NCBI RefSeq assembly: GCF_018389705.1
Contig: NZ_CP065581.1
Location: 840,001 to 872,000, forward strand
DNA length: 32,000 bases
Source of the DNA: Mycoplasma mycoides subsp. capri
GTDB lineage: Bacteria > Bacillota_I > Bacilli_A > Mycoplasmatales > Mycoplasmataceae
Direction of reading: 5' to 3'
The position numbers were made by a program, and so were the translations under genes. Positions 13,386 through 24,642 of the stretch are shown in pieces. A model generated the notes under the pieces. The model made no database searches. It had not been told where the DNA came from and saw only the letters and a list, made by a program, of their open reading frames with translations. Numbering within the stretch: the stretch's first letter is position 1; the number at the start of each line of letters is the position of its first letter.

Positions 13386-14630
13386 CTAATCTTTAGTTAA
13401 ACTTACTCTTGGATCTAATAACACGTGAACTAAATCAGCTAGTAATTTTGCAAAAATACTTACAAATGAAGATAAAACTGTAAATCCTAAAAATACAAAA
13501 AAGTCATTTCCACCAGCTGATTCTTTAATTAATCTACCCATTCCAGGAATAGCTCATTGAGTTTCAACAATCATTGAAGATCCAAATACTGTTAAAATAA
13601 TTTCACTTGGAATACTTCTTATAATTCTTACTCCAGCATTTCTAAAGATATGTACATAATATGTTTTATTTGAACTAGTTCCTTTAGCTAAAGCAAATTT
13701 AGCATAATCAACAGTCATTTCATCAACTATGTATCTTCTTACAAATGTAGCAATACCTGGTAAATTAATTACAACAATTGCAAAAATAGGTCAAAATCTA
13801 GTTGCAAAACTTCCTGTATTATAAATTCCTGAATTTCCTAAAACAGCTACTGAAAAAATAAATGTTCCAATAATAATAACAATTGATGGAATTGCTAATA
13901 ATAAAGCTGAAATTCCATTAAATACATTGTCAAATAATTTTCCTTTTTTCTTAGCAGCTCTAACACCAATTAAAATTGCTAAAGCATAACTAATTAAAAC
14001 TGAAACTGAACCAATAGCAAATGAGTATGGCATTGCTTTTAAAAATATTGATAAGGCATCACTACCTTCTTCAGCAATAGTTGTAGCTGTTGTTACACCT
14101 AAATAAACTCATCTAGTTTCAGTAATTAGTTTTGATGAATCAATAATTGCATTACCGTTTTGTAAAATAGTTACTTCTGAGCCTAAAACAATTTGTTTAG
14201 GAATAAATGGTGTGATGTTTTTTAAATATGTAAGAATTTGTGGAATTAAAGGACCATAAACACCAAAGCGTTTCATACGATCTTCTAATAACTTATCTTG
14301 TTGAGCTCTAGATAAACCAGTTTTTTCAATGTCTGGTGGTAGATATTTTGTATCTGGAGTAATCAAACGTATCACAACATATAAAATAATGATCGATAAT
14401 AATAAAGTAATTAAACCATATAATATACGCTTAAATGAATAACCATATAATGGATGTCTTACAAAATACTTATAAATATTTGCTGATGTATCATAATATC
14501 AATATTTAAAAGTAGTCCATTTACTTACTTTATGTTGTTGATTAGTTTCATTAAGTAAACTAAAATCATCAAGAAGCAATTCAGAATTTAAATCAAACGC
14601 TTCTTGTTTAGTTTTTAATGTTGATTTCAT
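13386..14630 (-). CDS. oppB: oligopeptide ABC transporter permease (414 aa)
   Basis: The ATG at 14630 is preceded by GAAAGGAAAAG. The frame is continuous through TGA codons with track ORFs 14109..14375 and 13791..14033. The C-terminus ...LADLVHVLLDPRVSLTKD* is typical of OppB/DppB. TAG stop at 13386..13388. Confidence 0.9.
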
Positions 14631-14667
14631 AAAGCTTTTCCTTTCTATTAAAATATATTAAAAAGCA

Positions 14668-14694
14668 AAATAAGTTAACCAAATTAACTTATTT
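14668..14694. promoter_or_regulatory. perfect 11-bp inverted repeat in the divergent opp / membrane-protein intergenic region
   Basis: AAATAAGTTAA ccaaa TTAACTTATTT, located 38 nt upstream of the oppB ATG on the minus strand. It is a candidate operator or 5'-leader hairpin. Confidence 0.3.
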
Positions 14695-14847
14695 ACTAGA
14701 AATATAGTGCTATTAAAACCACTCAAAAATTTATTAATATATTTTTTTAATAGTACCAAAATATTTTTCAAATTTAATAAAAAAATAAAAAAAACTCTAT
14801 TTTTATAGTTGTTTTGTTATATTTAAAATTAAAAGGTAAGTTTAAGT

Positions 14848-15342
14848 ATGAAAAAATCTAAAGTATTTAAAGAACTTAAAGATATTGATAAGTTTACAAA
14901 AGAACAACACGAAAAACAAGTGAATAAATCTATTAGTCAAGTATATGATTCAGATGATTTTAAAATGAATTTTTATGATTATCAACAAGCAAAAAAACTA
15001 AGATTAATTGGATGATTAATTGTTTTTTTAATATTTATAATTGGTAGTTTGATTGGTGTTTTAGTTGGGTATTTAACATTAAATGTTAGTAGTTTAGATA
15101 ATTGAAAAGGAATTAATTATTTTAATGTTTTATATACAACAATTTTATTTTTTATTGGATTTATAATTGGAGTTATTAAAAATAGACAAGCAACCAAATT
15201 TTTTAACGATAGAAGAAGAAGATATCAAAAAACACTAGAACTAAGTGAAGCTAAACTAATTAGATTAAAAAAGATTTTTTATTTAAGTGGTTTATTAATG
15301 TTAGTTTTAACTATTATTTTATTTTTAGTTTTTAAAATTTAG
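14848..15342 (+). CDS. hypothetical small membrane protein (164 aa, about 3 TM segments)
   Basis: The ATG is preceded by AAAAGGTAAG, and two TGA codons are read as Trp. Hydrophobic stretches: LIGWLIVFLIFIIGSLIGVLVGYL, VLYTTILFFIGFIIGVI and LSGLLMLVLTIILFLVF. No family was recognised. Confidence 0.7.
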
Positions 15343-15415
15343 ATTTAATAATTAGTAGAATTAATAACTAATTTATATATCTATATAATTTAGTTAGTTA
15401 TTATTAGGAGGTTTT

Positions 15416-18106
15416 ATGAAGAAATTATCAACTAATCAAATAAGAAAGATCTGATTAGATTTTTTTATTTCTAAAGATCATTACTTTTTAGAAACAGTAT
15501 CTTTAATTCCTGTTGATGATCCATCATTATTATGAATTAATTCAGGAGTGGCTACTTTAAAACCATATTTTGATGGACGAAAAACACCACCATCACCAAG
15601 ACTAACTAATTCTCAAAAAGCAATAAGAACTAATGATATTGAAAATGTTGGAGTTACAGCACGTCATCACACTATGTTTGAAATGCTTGGTAATTTTTCA
15701 ATTGGTGATTATTTTAAAAAAGAAGCAATAGAATTAGCTTGAGAACTTTTAACAGATAAAAAGTATTTTGATATTGATAAAAATAAATTATATATTACTG
15801 TTTTTAATGAAGATACTGAAGCTTATAATATTTGAAAAGATATTATTAAAATTGATGAAGATCATATTTTTAGATTATCTAGAAAAACTAATTTTTGAGA
15901 TGTAGGACAAGGACCTTGTGGACCAAATACTGAAATTTTTTATGATAGAGGTGAAATTTGAGATCCAAATAAAATTGGACCTAGATTAATTAGTGATGAT
16001 ATTGAAAATGATCGTTATATTGAAGTTTGAAATATTGTTTTTTCTCAATTTAATAATGATGGAAATGATAACTATACTGAATTACCTAGAAAAAATATAG
16101 ATACTGGTGCAGGACTAGAAAGATTTGCTTCAATTTTTCAAAACACTCCTACTAACTTTGAAACTGATATTTTTTATCCAACTATTAAAAAAGTTGAACA
16201 ACTAACTAATGATCAATTCAAATACTCAATTGATAATTATTTTAATCCTAATAAAAAACAAACTAGAATTAATACTGCTTTTAAGGTAATAGCAGATCAT
16301 ATAAGAGCTACAGTTTTTGCAATTTCTGATGGTGTATTTCCTGGTAATAAAGATAGAGGATATATTATTAGAAGATTAATTAGAAGATCTTGTGTTTTTG
16401 GAAATGAATTAGGAATTAAACAAGCATTTTTATATAAATTAGTTGATAGTGTAATTGAATCAATGAAAGAATTTTATCCTTATTTAATTGATAAAAAAAC
16501 TTTAGTAGAACAAACTATTAAAGATGAAGAAGAAAAGTTTTTAAAAACTTTATCAAAAGGATATGATCTTTTAGAAAATATCATTAAAACAAAAAATACA
16601 GTTAGTGATAAAGATGCTTTATTATTATTTGAATCATATGGTTTTCCAATTGAACAAACTATTGAAATTTCAGAATTATCTAATGTAACAGTTGATGTTG
16701 AAGGATTTAAAAAATTACTAGAACAAACAAAACAAGCTACAAGAAATGCTAGAAAAGATTTAAAAGCTTGAGATAAACAAAATGAATTATTTACAAAACT
16801 AAAAGTAGAATCTGAATTTACTGGATGATCTGAAACAAGTAGAGATAATGCTAAAGTTATTTATATGTTTACAGATCAAAAACAAGTAGAATCAATAACT
16901 GATCAAGAAGTATTTGTAATTTTAGATAAAACTCCTTTTTATGCTGAAAAAGGAGGGCAAGCTGCTGATAGTGGAATTATTTTTAATGATCAAATGAAAG
17001 GTTTTGTTATTGATGTTCAACAAGGACCAATGCATCAAAACATTCATAGAATAAAAGTTCAAGGTACTTTAAAAGTAAATGATTTGATAAATTGTAGAGT
17101 TGATGAAGAAAAAAGAATCTATACAATGAAAAATCACTCAGGAACTCATATGATTCATTATGCTTTAAGAGAAGTTTTAGGAACTAGTGTAATGCAATCT
17201 GGTTCATATAATGATGAAAATGGTTTAAGAATGGACTTTACTTATCATAGATTACCAACTAATCAAGAACTTTTAAAAGCTCAAAACTTAGTATTAGAAA
17301 AAATAAAAAATAAAGTTGATAGACAAACTTATTTTTGTAGTTTAGAAGAATCAGTTAATAAACATCAAGCTTTAGCCTTTTTTACTGAAAAATATGATCA
17401 AATAGTTAGAGTTATTAAATTTGGTGATTTTTCTTCAGAACTTTGTGGTGGAACTCATGTTAATAATACTAGTGAAATAGAAGATTTTATTATAACTGGG
17501 ATCGAATCAAAAGGTAGTGGATTATATAGAATTAAATGTTTAACTTCATTTAAAACAGTTAATGAATATTTAAATGAACAATTTAAAATATATAAAGATC
17601 AAGCTGAAATTATTATTGATAAATATAATAAAAATAAAGATCTATTAAAAAATGATCAATTAGAAAATATTTATTTACAAATAAAAAATATTACTATTAA
17701 TAAAGACAATTTATTAGTAATAAAAGATTTATTAGATAAATTAAAAGAAATCAATAAGGATTATGATAAAAAAGTTAATGATTTAATTACAGCTAATAAA
17801 CTATTAAAATATAAAGATCTAACTCCTAGCTTAAATAAAGATAATGTCAATGAAATTAAATTAGAAACTACTGATTTAAATATTAAAGATTTAAAACAAC
17901 TAGCAGATGATTTAAGAAATAAATATGATGATTTAATTGTTATTTTATTAAGTAGTACAAATGAAAATAACTTTGTAGTTGTTGCAGTTAGTCAAAGTTT
18001 ACAAAATAAATATAAAGCAATTGATATTTTTAACAATTTAGAAGGTTATGAGACTAAAGGTGGAGGAAATGCTAATTTAGCTCAAGGTAAATTTGTTAAA
18101 AAATAA
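15416..18106 (+). CDS. alaS: alanine--tRNA ligase (896 aa)
   Basis: TAGGAGG RBS. Track ORFs 15548.., 16463.. and 16865..18106 share one frame. Class II AlaRS motifs are present: [46 protein letters not shown], the editing-domain residues [11 protein letters not shown] and CGGTHV, and the C-terminal GGG. Confidence 0.95.
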
Positions 18107-18118
18107 TATTTAATAAAT

Positions 18119-18174
18119 CAAGACTTAATTAATTGTTTTTAACAATATTAGGTCTTGTTTTTTTTTTTTTTTTT
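18119..18174 (+). terminator. alaS Rho-independent terminator with an unusually long T17 tail
   Basis: CAAGACTTAAT (18119..18129) pairs with ATTAGGTCTTG (18147..18157, one G-U pair). There is an inner TTGTT/AACAA stem. T17 follows at 18158..18174. Confidence 0.7.
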
Positions 18175-18219
18175 ATTAAAATATTTTAATTAAATTCATT
18201 ATATTAAAAGGATAAATAA

Positions 18220-19434
18220 ATGAAGAAATTATTAACATTTTTATCATCATTTGGTTTAATCGCTACATCAAGTTTATTAGTTATTAGTTGTAAAAACAAT
18301 ATAAGTGCATCTAAAAAAGAAGATCATAAAGATAATGAGAATATTCAATCAGATCAATCAGACAATAAAAAAGTTGAAAAAGAAAAAGAAAAACCTAAAC
18401 CTAAAAGACAAGCAACAGAAGAAGAAAAGAAAAAATTAGAAACTATATTTAAAGAACAAGAAAATGCTTTTGGTACATTTCATACTTATAAAGATGTTGT
18501 AGATCAACTACTAGTTTATGCAAATGAAAAAGGTTTAAAAGATATTACTCTTGTTGATGGTCTTAATCCAAATGAACATCTAAAAGAAGACAAAGACGGT
18601 AAAGGACAAAATGTTGTTAAATTAAAACTTTATGGATCTGATGTTACTTTTAAACCTAAAAAAGTTTTAAAAGATGAAGTAGAAACAATCTATTCAAAAG
18701 ATAAGAAAATATTAAAGCAAATAGGTTATAAGAAAATATCCAGCACAGAAATAAAAATAAGTAGGATTACTGAAAATATTCAAGAAGTACCTCTTCATTT
18801 ACCATTAAAAATAACATCATTACGTGAAGCGTTTTCTGAATCTAAAGTATCAAAAGTAAAAAATTTAGATAAATGAAATACCAAAAATATCAAAAGTATG
18901 TATTCTGTCTTTGAAAATGCAATGAAATTTAATCAAGATATATCTGCTTGAGACACTTCAAACGTAACAGATATGAGTGGTATGTTTAAAGACGCGGCTC
19001 AATTCAACCAATCTTTAAACGAATGAAAGGTTCATAATGTTGTTGAAATGGAAGATATGTTCGCTGGTGCTACAAGTTTTAATCAAGATTTAGACAAATG
19101 AAAAACTAATAGTTTAAAAAATATTAAACAAATGTTTTGGTATGCTACCCAGTTTAATGGTGATATTTCATCATGAGATGTTTCAAAGGTTACTACTTTA
19201 TATAATACATTTGCTTCAGCTGAAAAGTTCAATCAAGATATTTCAAAATGAGATGTATCAAATGTAACAATAATGCAAGGTACATTTGCAAATGCTAACT
19301 CTTTTGATAAAAATTTAAGTAGCTGAAAAGTTGATAAAGTCACCACTACTAGAGACTTTAATAAAAATATTACAAACAAATTAAATAACCAAAAAACTCC
19401 TCGTTTTAGCAAAGAAATTACTTATTCTAGTTAA
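18220..19434 (+). CDS. DUF285-repeat (BspA-like) surface lipoprotein (404 aa)
   Basis: Lipobox MKKLLTFLSSFGLIATSSLLVISC. The track ORF 18220..18876 continues through TGA codons. The C-terminal half consists of repeats of the form W(D/K)xSNVTxMxxMFxxAxxFNQDISx. TAA at 19432..19434. Confidence 0.85.
18874..19368 (+). repeat. about 6.5 tandem 75-nt (25-aa) coding repeats, each starting with a TGA (Trp) codon
   Basis: Units begin at 18874 and every 75 nt up to 19324: WNTKNIKSMYSVFENAMKFNQDISA / WDTSNVTDMSGMFKDAAQFNQSLNE / WKVHNVVEMEDMFAGATSFNQDLDK / WKTNSLKNIKQMFWYATQFNGDISS / WDVSKVTTLYNTFASAEKFNQDISK / WDVSNVTIMQGTFANANSFDKNLSS / WKVDKV... Confidence 0.75.
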
Positions 19435-19545
19435 TTTGTTTTAAATACTAATACATTGCTAATAAAGTTTATGAATTTTTTCAAGTATTAGTTTAACGAG
19501 CTTACAGAAATTAAAATCAATTTCTAAAAAAAATCAAAATAAAAC

Positions 19546-19575
19546 AAAAAGCTCTTAGTTTTCTAAGAGCTTTTT
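19546..19575. terminator. bidirectional terminator between convergent lipoprotein genes
   Basis: GCTCTTAG (19551..19558), loop tttt, CTAAGAGC (19563..19570), flanked by A5 upstream and T5 downstream. Confidence 0.7.
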
Positions 19576-19576
19576 A

Positions 19577-19702
19577 CTAATTTATAGTAACTTGATGTGA
19601 ATTAGAAGCTAATTCCTTGTCATTAGCTTTAGTTCTAATTTCATATGTTCCTGATTTTAAATTTTCTAATTTATTACTAATAATATTTCTCATTGTGAGT
19701 TT
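19577..19702 (-). pseudogene. out-of-frame coding-like 3' extension of the transglutaminase-like lipoprotein gene
   Basis: The other frame reads KLTMRNIISNKLENLKSGTYEIRTKANDKELASNSHQVTIN* and ends at the TAG at 19577..19579, abutting the terminator hairpin. One extra A in the A5 run (plus-strand T5 at 19700..19704) would fuse it to the main ORF. Confidence 0.45.
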
Positions 19703-21732
19703 TTATTAATAACACGATACTCCATTGTATCATCAACACCAGTTATAGTGTTTGCTTGAACTTTTATCATATTATAAACGTCTATAGCTTTAGAAATTTC
19801 AATAGTTTGAACAGCAGAAGCAAATTTGTCATAACTATCTTTTCATCTAAATTGTAATTTGCCAGGAACTATATTATTTGCAATAAAACTTTCTTTAGTG
19901 ATATCAATTCACTTATTAATATTATTTCTATATTGCATTCCTGGTTTTACATTAGTAATTAAGACTTCATTTTCATCAATAGCTTTAACTATTGCTTGTG
20001 GTGTATCTTTAAACTTTTGAACATTAAATTCAATTGTATTATTAGATAAAGTAAATTTATATCCTCTTTTTTTGATGTCATTTATTTTTACAGTTACTTT
20101 ATTAAAGTTATTAAAATGATCTAAATATAAAATGTATGAATTATCTTCTTGTTTTAGTTCTTTAATCATTGCGTTTTCAATAATAAAGTTTCCTGATTTT
20201 AAACCATCAACTTTTTCACTTAGATTTATTTTAATTGCATAATGACCAAGTGTTTTAGATTTATCTTTTTCAATATATTTTTCTACATTTTTAACTTGAA
20301 TGTCTTTTGTTTCTAATTTTTGTTTAGGTTCTAGTAAGTAATTAATAGTTTTATATGAAAAGTAAGCGTTATTTTTTATTATTTCAAACTTCTTATTTTC
20401 TTTTAATTTAAGACCTGCATTATCAATTGATTTTAAAATATTAGCATACATTTTAGAGTTTGTCTTAATTTCTAATTTATTAGGTGTTTCTGTTTTATCT
20501 CCCAATTGCTTATCAATTAAAATATCAATATCTTCTTTATTTTTTACAAAATTAGTAAGTTTTAAATTTCTAAAGCGTTGCCCAAACTCTCTTGTATTTC
20601 TTAAAAATACATCATCTTTAGTAAAATCATCATCATGTAATAAGAAAAATCTATATTCTTGTTTTTGATGACTTCCTTCTATACGATCTGAAGTAGCATC
20701 AAGATGGTATCATTGTCCATCTATTTCAACTAAATTTCAAACATGTTTTACACCACTTAAATCTCTAGGACTAACATCACTTGTAATTAGAGTTGATAAA
20801 ATTCCTAGTTCATCCATTAACATTTGAAATCCCTTAGCATACCCAGTACATACTGTTTTTTTATTAACTAAAGCTGAATAAGCAGTTTGATTATCATAAC
20901 TATTAGCTACAATATAATCAAACTTAACTTCTTTTGTCATTCAATCATATGCTTTAGTTATTTGTTCTAAAACAGGTAGATTTTTTCAACCTTCTTGTTC
21001 AACTATTTTTTTAGCTTCTTGTTTTGCTTTTAAAATATTGACTTCAACAATTGGAAGGATAGTAACTACTGATTTATATAAATTACCTTTATATTCAGCT
21101 CAAATTTCAACTACTTGAGCATCAGAACTATTTTTATATTGTTTAGCTGAAATTGTTCCATCAGCTTTTAAATTAACTAATGAATCATTATCTTCTTGAT
21201 CTGCTCTTAATAGCTTATCAGTTGGAAATCTTAATCTTTGATATCACTTAACATCTTGAATCTCTTGATTAGTTTTTGAGTCAATTAATTTTAATTTTTC
21301 AGTTTTCTTTTCATTATCTAAAGTTAGATACTTTTTTTCTAATTTAAATTTAGGATGAGAATAATAATTTGATGCTATATTATGATCAAAAATTATCTCT
21401 TTAATTTTTTCTTCACTAAAATTATTTTCTTTAAATTCTTCAACATGTTGGTTTGGATAGAAATTTTCTAATTTAACTAATGATGTTTTAGAATAATTTG
21501 ATAAATCTAAAGAATCATTAATTTTAATATCACTAATATTATTTACTAATAAATTAGAATTATTGTTTAATAAATTATTATTTAATTTTTTATAATTTTT
21601 TGCTAATGGAATTTCACCATTTTTTAAATTACTAGATAAACTACAACTTGTTGTAATTGCTGATATACCAATTAATGAACCTAAAACTAATGAACTTAAA
21701 ATTATTTGCTTTTTATTATATTTTTTTATCAT
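19666..21732 (-). CDS. transglutaminase-like (papain-fold Cys-His-Asp) surface lipoprotein (688 aa from ATG 21732)
   Basis: Track ORFs 21244..21741, 20737..20940 and 19909..20505 share one frame. The track start at 21741 is a TTG, and the ATG at 21732 gives MIKKYNKKQIILSSLVLGSLIGISAITTSC (lipobox). The core has KKTVCTGYAKGF (Cys) and KHVWNLVEIDGQWYHLDATS (His, Asp). This frame stops at the TAG at 19666..19668. Confidence 0.8.
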
Positions 21733-21814
21733 ACTAATCAATCCTAATAAATACTTAGCTAATTTATATTAACATTAATTTTTATTATTTCATACTATGA
21801 TAAGTGATTTTACA

Positions 21815-21843
21815 AATAAAAAAAGGCTTGATAAACAAGCCTA
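21815..21843 (-). terminator. ssrA terminator
   Basis: On the minus strand, AGGCTTG TTTAT CAAGCCT is followed by T7. It lies 15 nt downstream of the tmRNA CCA end. Confidence 0.6.
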
Positions 21844-21857
21844 GTTAGTTTTCTTGA

Positions 21858-22268
21858 TGGTGGAGATGGCGAGAATCGAACTCGCGTCCAAGATACACTA
21901 ATACATACTTTCTACAGTTTAGCTAATTTTTTAATTAAAGTATCTAACTAAAATTAACTAAAGGTTAAATACTATTTGCAATTAATTTCAGATATATTTA
22001 TTGCAATCATATATCCTATTAGACTTGGGTAATACGATTATAAATAAAGCCTAAAATATCTATAATGCGTGAAATACTATAACTAAACTAAGTAGTTATT
22101 AAGCAAACATATAGTTTGCTCCAGCTGATGCATTGTTGATCATAAATGCTGGCATTTCAAAGTTTTCTTCGTTTTCGTTTGCGTTTTTTCAAACCTAGTA
22201 GTATTTATAGTCTACAACACTACTGCTTATATGTACTGGTTATATCCTGTCAAATCCATGACATCCCC
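21858..22268 (-). ncRNA. ssrA: tmRNA (transfer-messenger RNA), 411 nt
   Basis: On the minus strand the 5' end is GGGGATGTCATGGATTTGACAGG and the 3' end is GGACGCGAGTTCGATTCTCGCCATCTCCACCA (tRNA-Ala-like T-arm and acceptor). The internal tag frame 22182..22102 reads ANENEENFEMPAFMINNASAGANYMFA and is followed by TAA TAA. The exact resume codon was not determined. A possible -10 TAAAAT lies at 22278..22283. Confidence 0.9.
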
Positions 22269-22412
22269 AGGATAGATATTTTATAATAAATTGAACTTAA
22301 TTACTAGAATAAGTATAATTATTTATTACAAATTAATTATAAATTCTTTTAGCTTTATAACTTAAAATAGATAATTTTATTTTTTTGTTATTATTAATTA
22401 ATAAGGAGTAAA

Positions 22413-23816
22413 ATGGTAGATTTAGAAAATAAAGAACAAGAAATTTTAGAACTTTATGAAAATAAAGAGTTTGATAAATGCATAGAAATTATTAAAAAAT
22501 TAAGATATGCTGATGTTGGAGAAATATTTAATTATTTAGATGAACAAATTGCTTTTAACTTATATAAAAAATTAGAAATAAATAAAGCTAGCGAAATATT
22601 TAATTATTTATCTTTTGATTTAAAAGAATATATCCTTACTAATTTGAGTCAAACTAAAATTAAACAATTAATTAATGACTTATATACAGATGATATTATT
22701 AATGCTGTTGAAAATATGCCTGTTGAAGTTGTTAAAAAAGTTTTTAATGCCGCTTCAAAAGAACAAAAAAAAGAAATTGCTAGCATTTTAAAATATGATA
22801 TTGATACTGCTGGAAGTATTATGAGTGTTAATTTTTTATCTGTTAAACAAACTACTACAGTTTCTAAAACTATTAAAGAAATACAAAAAAATCACGATGA
22901 TTATGATGAAATTGATGATGTTTTTGTAGTAAATAAGTTAAACCAATTAGTAGGAAGTATTGAAGTAAAAGATTTGATTTTAAACGATATGAATACTAAA
23001 ATTGAAAATATTATGAATACTAAAGTTATTAGTATTAATTCAAACCAATCTCAAGAAGATGCAAGTAATGCTTTAAAAAAATATGATATTAGTACTTTAG
23101 CTGTAGTTGATAATAATAATGTTTTAGTTGGAATTATTACTTCAGATGATATTATTGATGTTTTAATTGAAGAAACTAATGAAGACATGCAAAAATATAC
23201 TGGAATAAGAACAAATGAAACTAATTATTTTGATACTTCAATTTTTAAAATGTTTATTTCAAGAATCTGATCATTAGTTTTAATGTTAGGACTAACTATT
23301 ATTACAAACACTTTATTATTAGTCTTTTTTAAAAATTATAATTGATCTCCAAGCACTCAATCAAAAGAAGAATTACTATTTATGTTAATTCCATTAGTTG
23401 TGATTTTATCAACAGTAATTATTTGTTGTGCTAATCAAACTTTAGTAATGATCAGAAGAGCAATTAGTTTAGAAGAAATTAATAAAAAAAGCTTAAAAAC
23501 AATTGTTTTAAAAGAACTTGTAGTTTCTTTAATGATTGCTTTTGTTTTAATAGCTATTAATATTTTAAGAATGATTTTAATTTATGCAGTTCAATACAAT
23601 GCCAATTTAACTAATATAAATATGTGAAATAGTATTTTAATTGCATCAATTGGTATTATAGCTAGTGTTATTTTTGCAAATCTTTTATCATTATTCTTAC
23701 CATTAATTGTTAAAAAAATAGGAAAAGATTCATCTTCAGTTTCTCTACCATTATTTGCTTTAATTATTGATATTTTATGTGTTGGTGTATTTTTAGGAAT
23801 AGGATTATTGTTTTAA
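22413..23816 (+). CDS. mgtE: magnesium transporter MgtE (467 aa)
   Basis: AAGGAG RBS. The architecture is an N-terminal MgtE_N-like region, tandem CBS domains (IMSVNFLSV...VVDNNNVLVGIITSDDIIDVLIEE) and a C-terminal 5-TM domain joined through TGA codons to track ORF 23382..23627. TAA at 23814..23816. Confidence 0.9.
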
Positions 23817-23817
23817 T

Positions 23818-24483
23818 ATGAGGTTAAGAAAAAAGAATTGAACTGATGATTTTTTAAACCAACACTCTTTTTATTTAATTAATTATGATAATAAGAAAAT
23901 AGATTTAAAACAAATATTTTTAAACAACAATCCAACTTGTTTAGAAATTGGTTGTGGTAAAGGACAATTTATAACAACTTTAGCATTAAAAAACCTAAAT
24001 ACAAACTATATTGGTATGGAAAAATCCTCAACAATCACTGGAGTTGCATTAAAAAAGAGTTTAAAAGAATTTGAAAATCAATTAAAAGAAATGACTAATC
24101 TAAAATATTTTAATAATTTTGCTGAAGATTTATCTCAAATGTTTTCAAGTGATTCTTTTAATAAAATTTATTTAAACTTTTCAGATCCATGACCTAAAGC
24201 TAGACATTATAAAAAACGTTTAACTTATGTTAAATTTTTAGATATTTATTCAGATATTTTAATAAAGAATGGCTATTTAGAATTTAAAACTGATAATGAT
24301 TCATTGTACAATTTTACAATCGAACAATTAAACCTAACTAATAAATGAGAAGTCGTTCTAAATACTACAGATTTATATAATAATACTGAGCTTTTAAAAG
24401 ATAACATTCCAACTGAATATGAAACTAAATTTCATTTAGCCAATAAAAATATTTATAAAATAGTAATTAAAAATTTAAAATAA
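23818..24483 (+). CDS. trmB: tRNA (guanine-N7)-methyltransferase (221 aa)
   Basis: The ATG lies 1 nt after the mgtE stop. Motifs: SAM-binding LEIGCGKGQF, FSDPWPKARHYKKRL and TEYETKF. TAA at 24481..24483. Confidence 0.85.
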
Positions 24484-24502
24484 AAATTAAACTTAAAATT
24501 AG

Positions 24503-24530
24503 AAAACAGCTCATATGAGCTGTTTTTTTT
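24503..24530 (+). terminator. Rho-independent terminator of mgtE-trmB
   Basis: AAACAGCTCA TA TGAGCTGTTT palindrome followed by T8. Confidence 0.7.
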
Positions 24531-24611
24531 CTACAGTATATAAATGTAATTAATTATAAGATTAAAAAAATAATGTTTCTTATTTAAAAATATTTAATCA
24601 TCTTAAAAGTA

Positions 24612-24636
24612 ATAAAACTAGCAAAAAGCTAGTTGT
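24612..24636 (-). terminator. weak terminator candidate for the sigma-like gene
   Basis: On the minus strand, AACTAGC TTTTT GCTAGTT is followed by TTATTACTTTT. It starts 7 nt after the stop at 24643..24645. Confidence 0.4.
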
Positions 24637-24642
24637 AAAATT

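Noticed and set aside
15343-15415. Possible T-box leader upstream of alaS
   Set aside because: The spacer is only 73 nt, with no AGAGA/GNUGGNA-type specifier elements and no terminator/antiterminator structure.
19440-21857. Genomic island integrated at the 3' end of ssrA (lipoprotein genes with lesions lie just downstream of the tmRNA 3' end)
   Set aside because: I found no direct repeat of the ssrA 3' terminus (…TTCGATTCTCGCCATCTCCACCA) anywhere in the window, and no integrase or recombinase gene.
22269-22412. Possible M-box (Mg2+) riboswitch upstream of mgtE
   Set aside because: The spacer is only 144 nt of near-pure A/T. It also has to hold the divergent ssrA promoter and shows none of the conserved GC-containing M-box helices.
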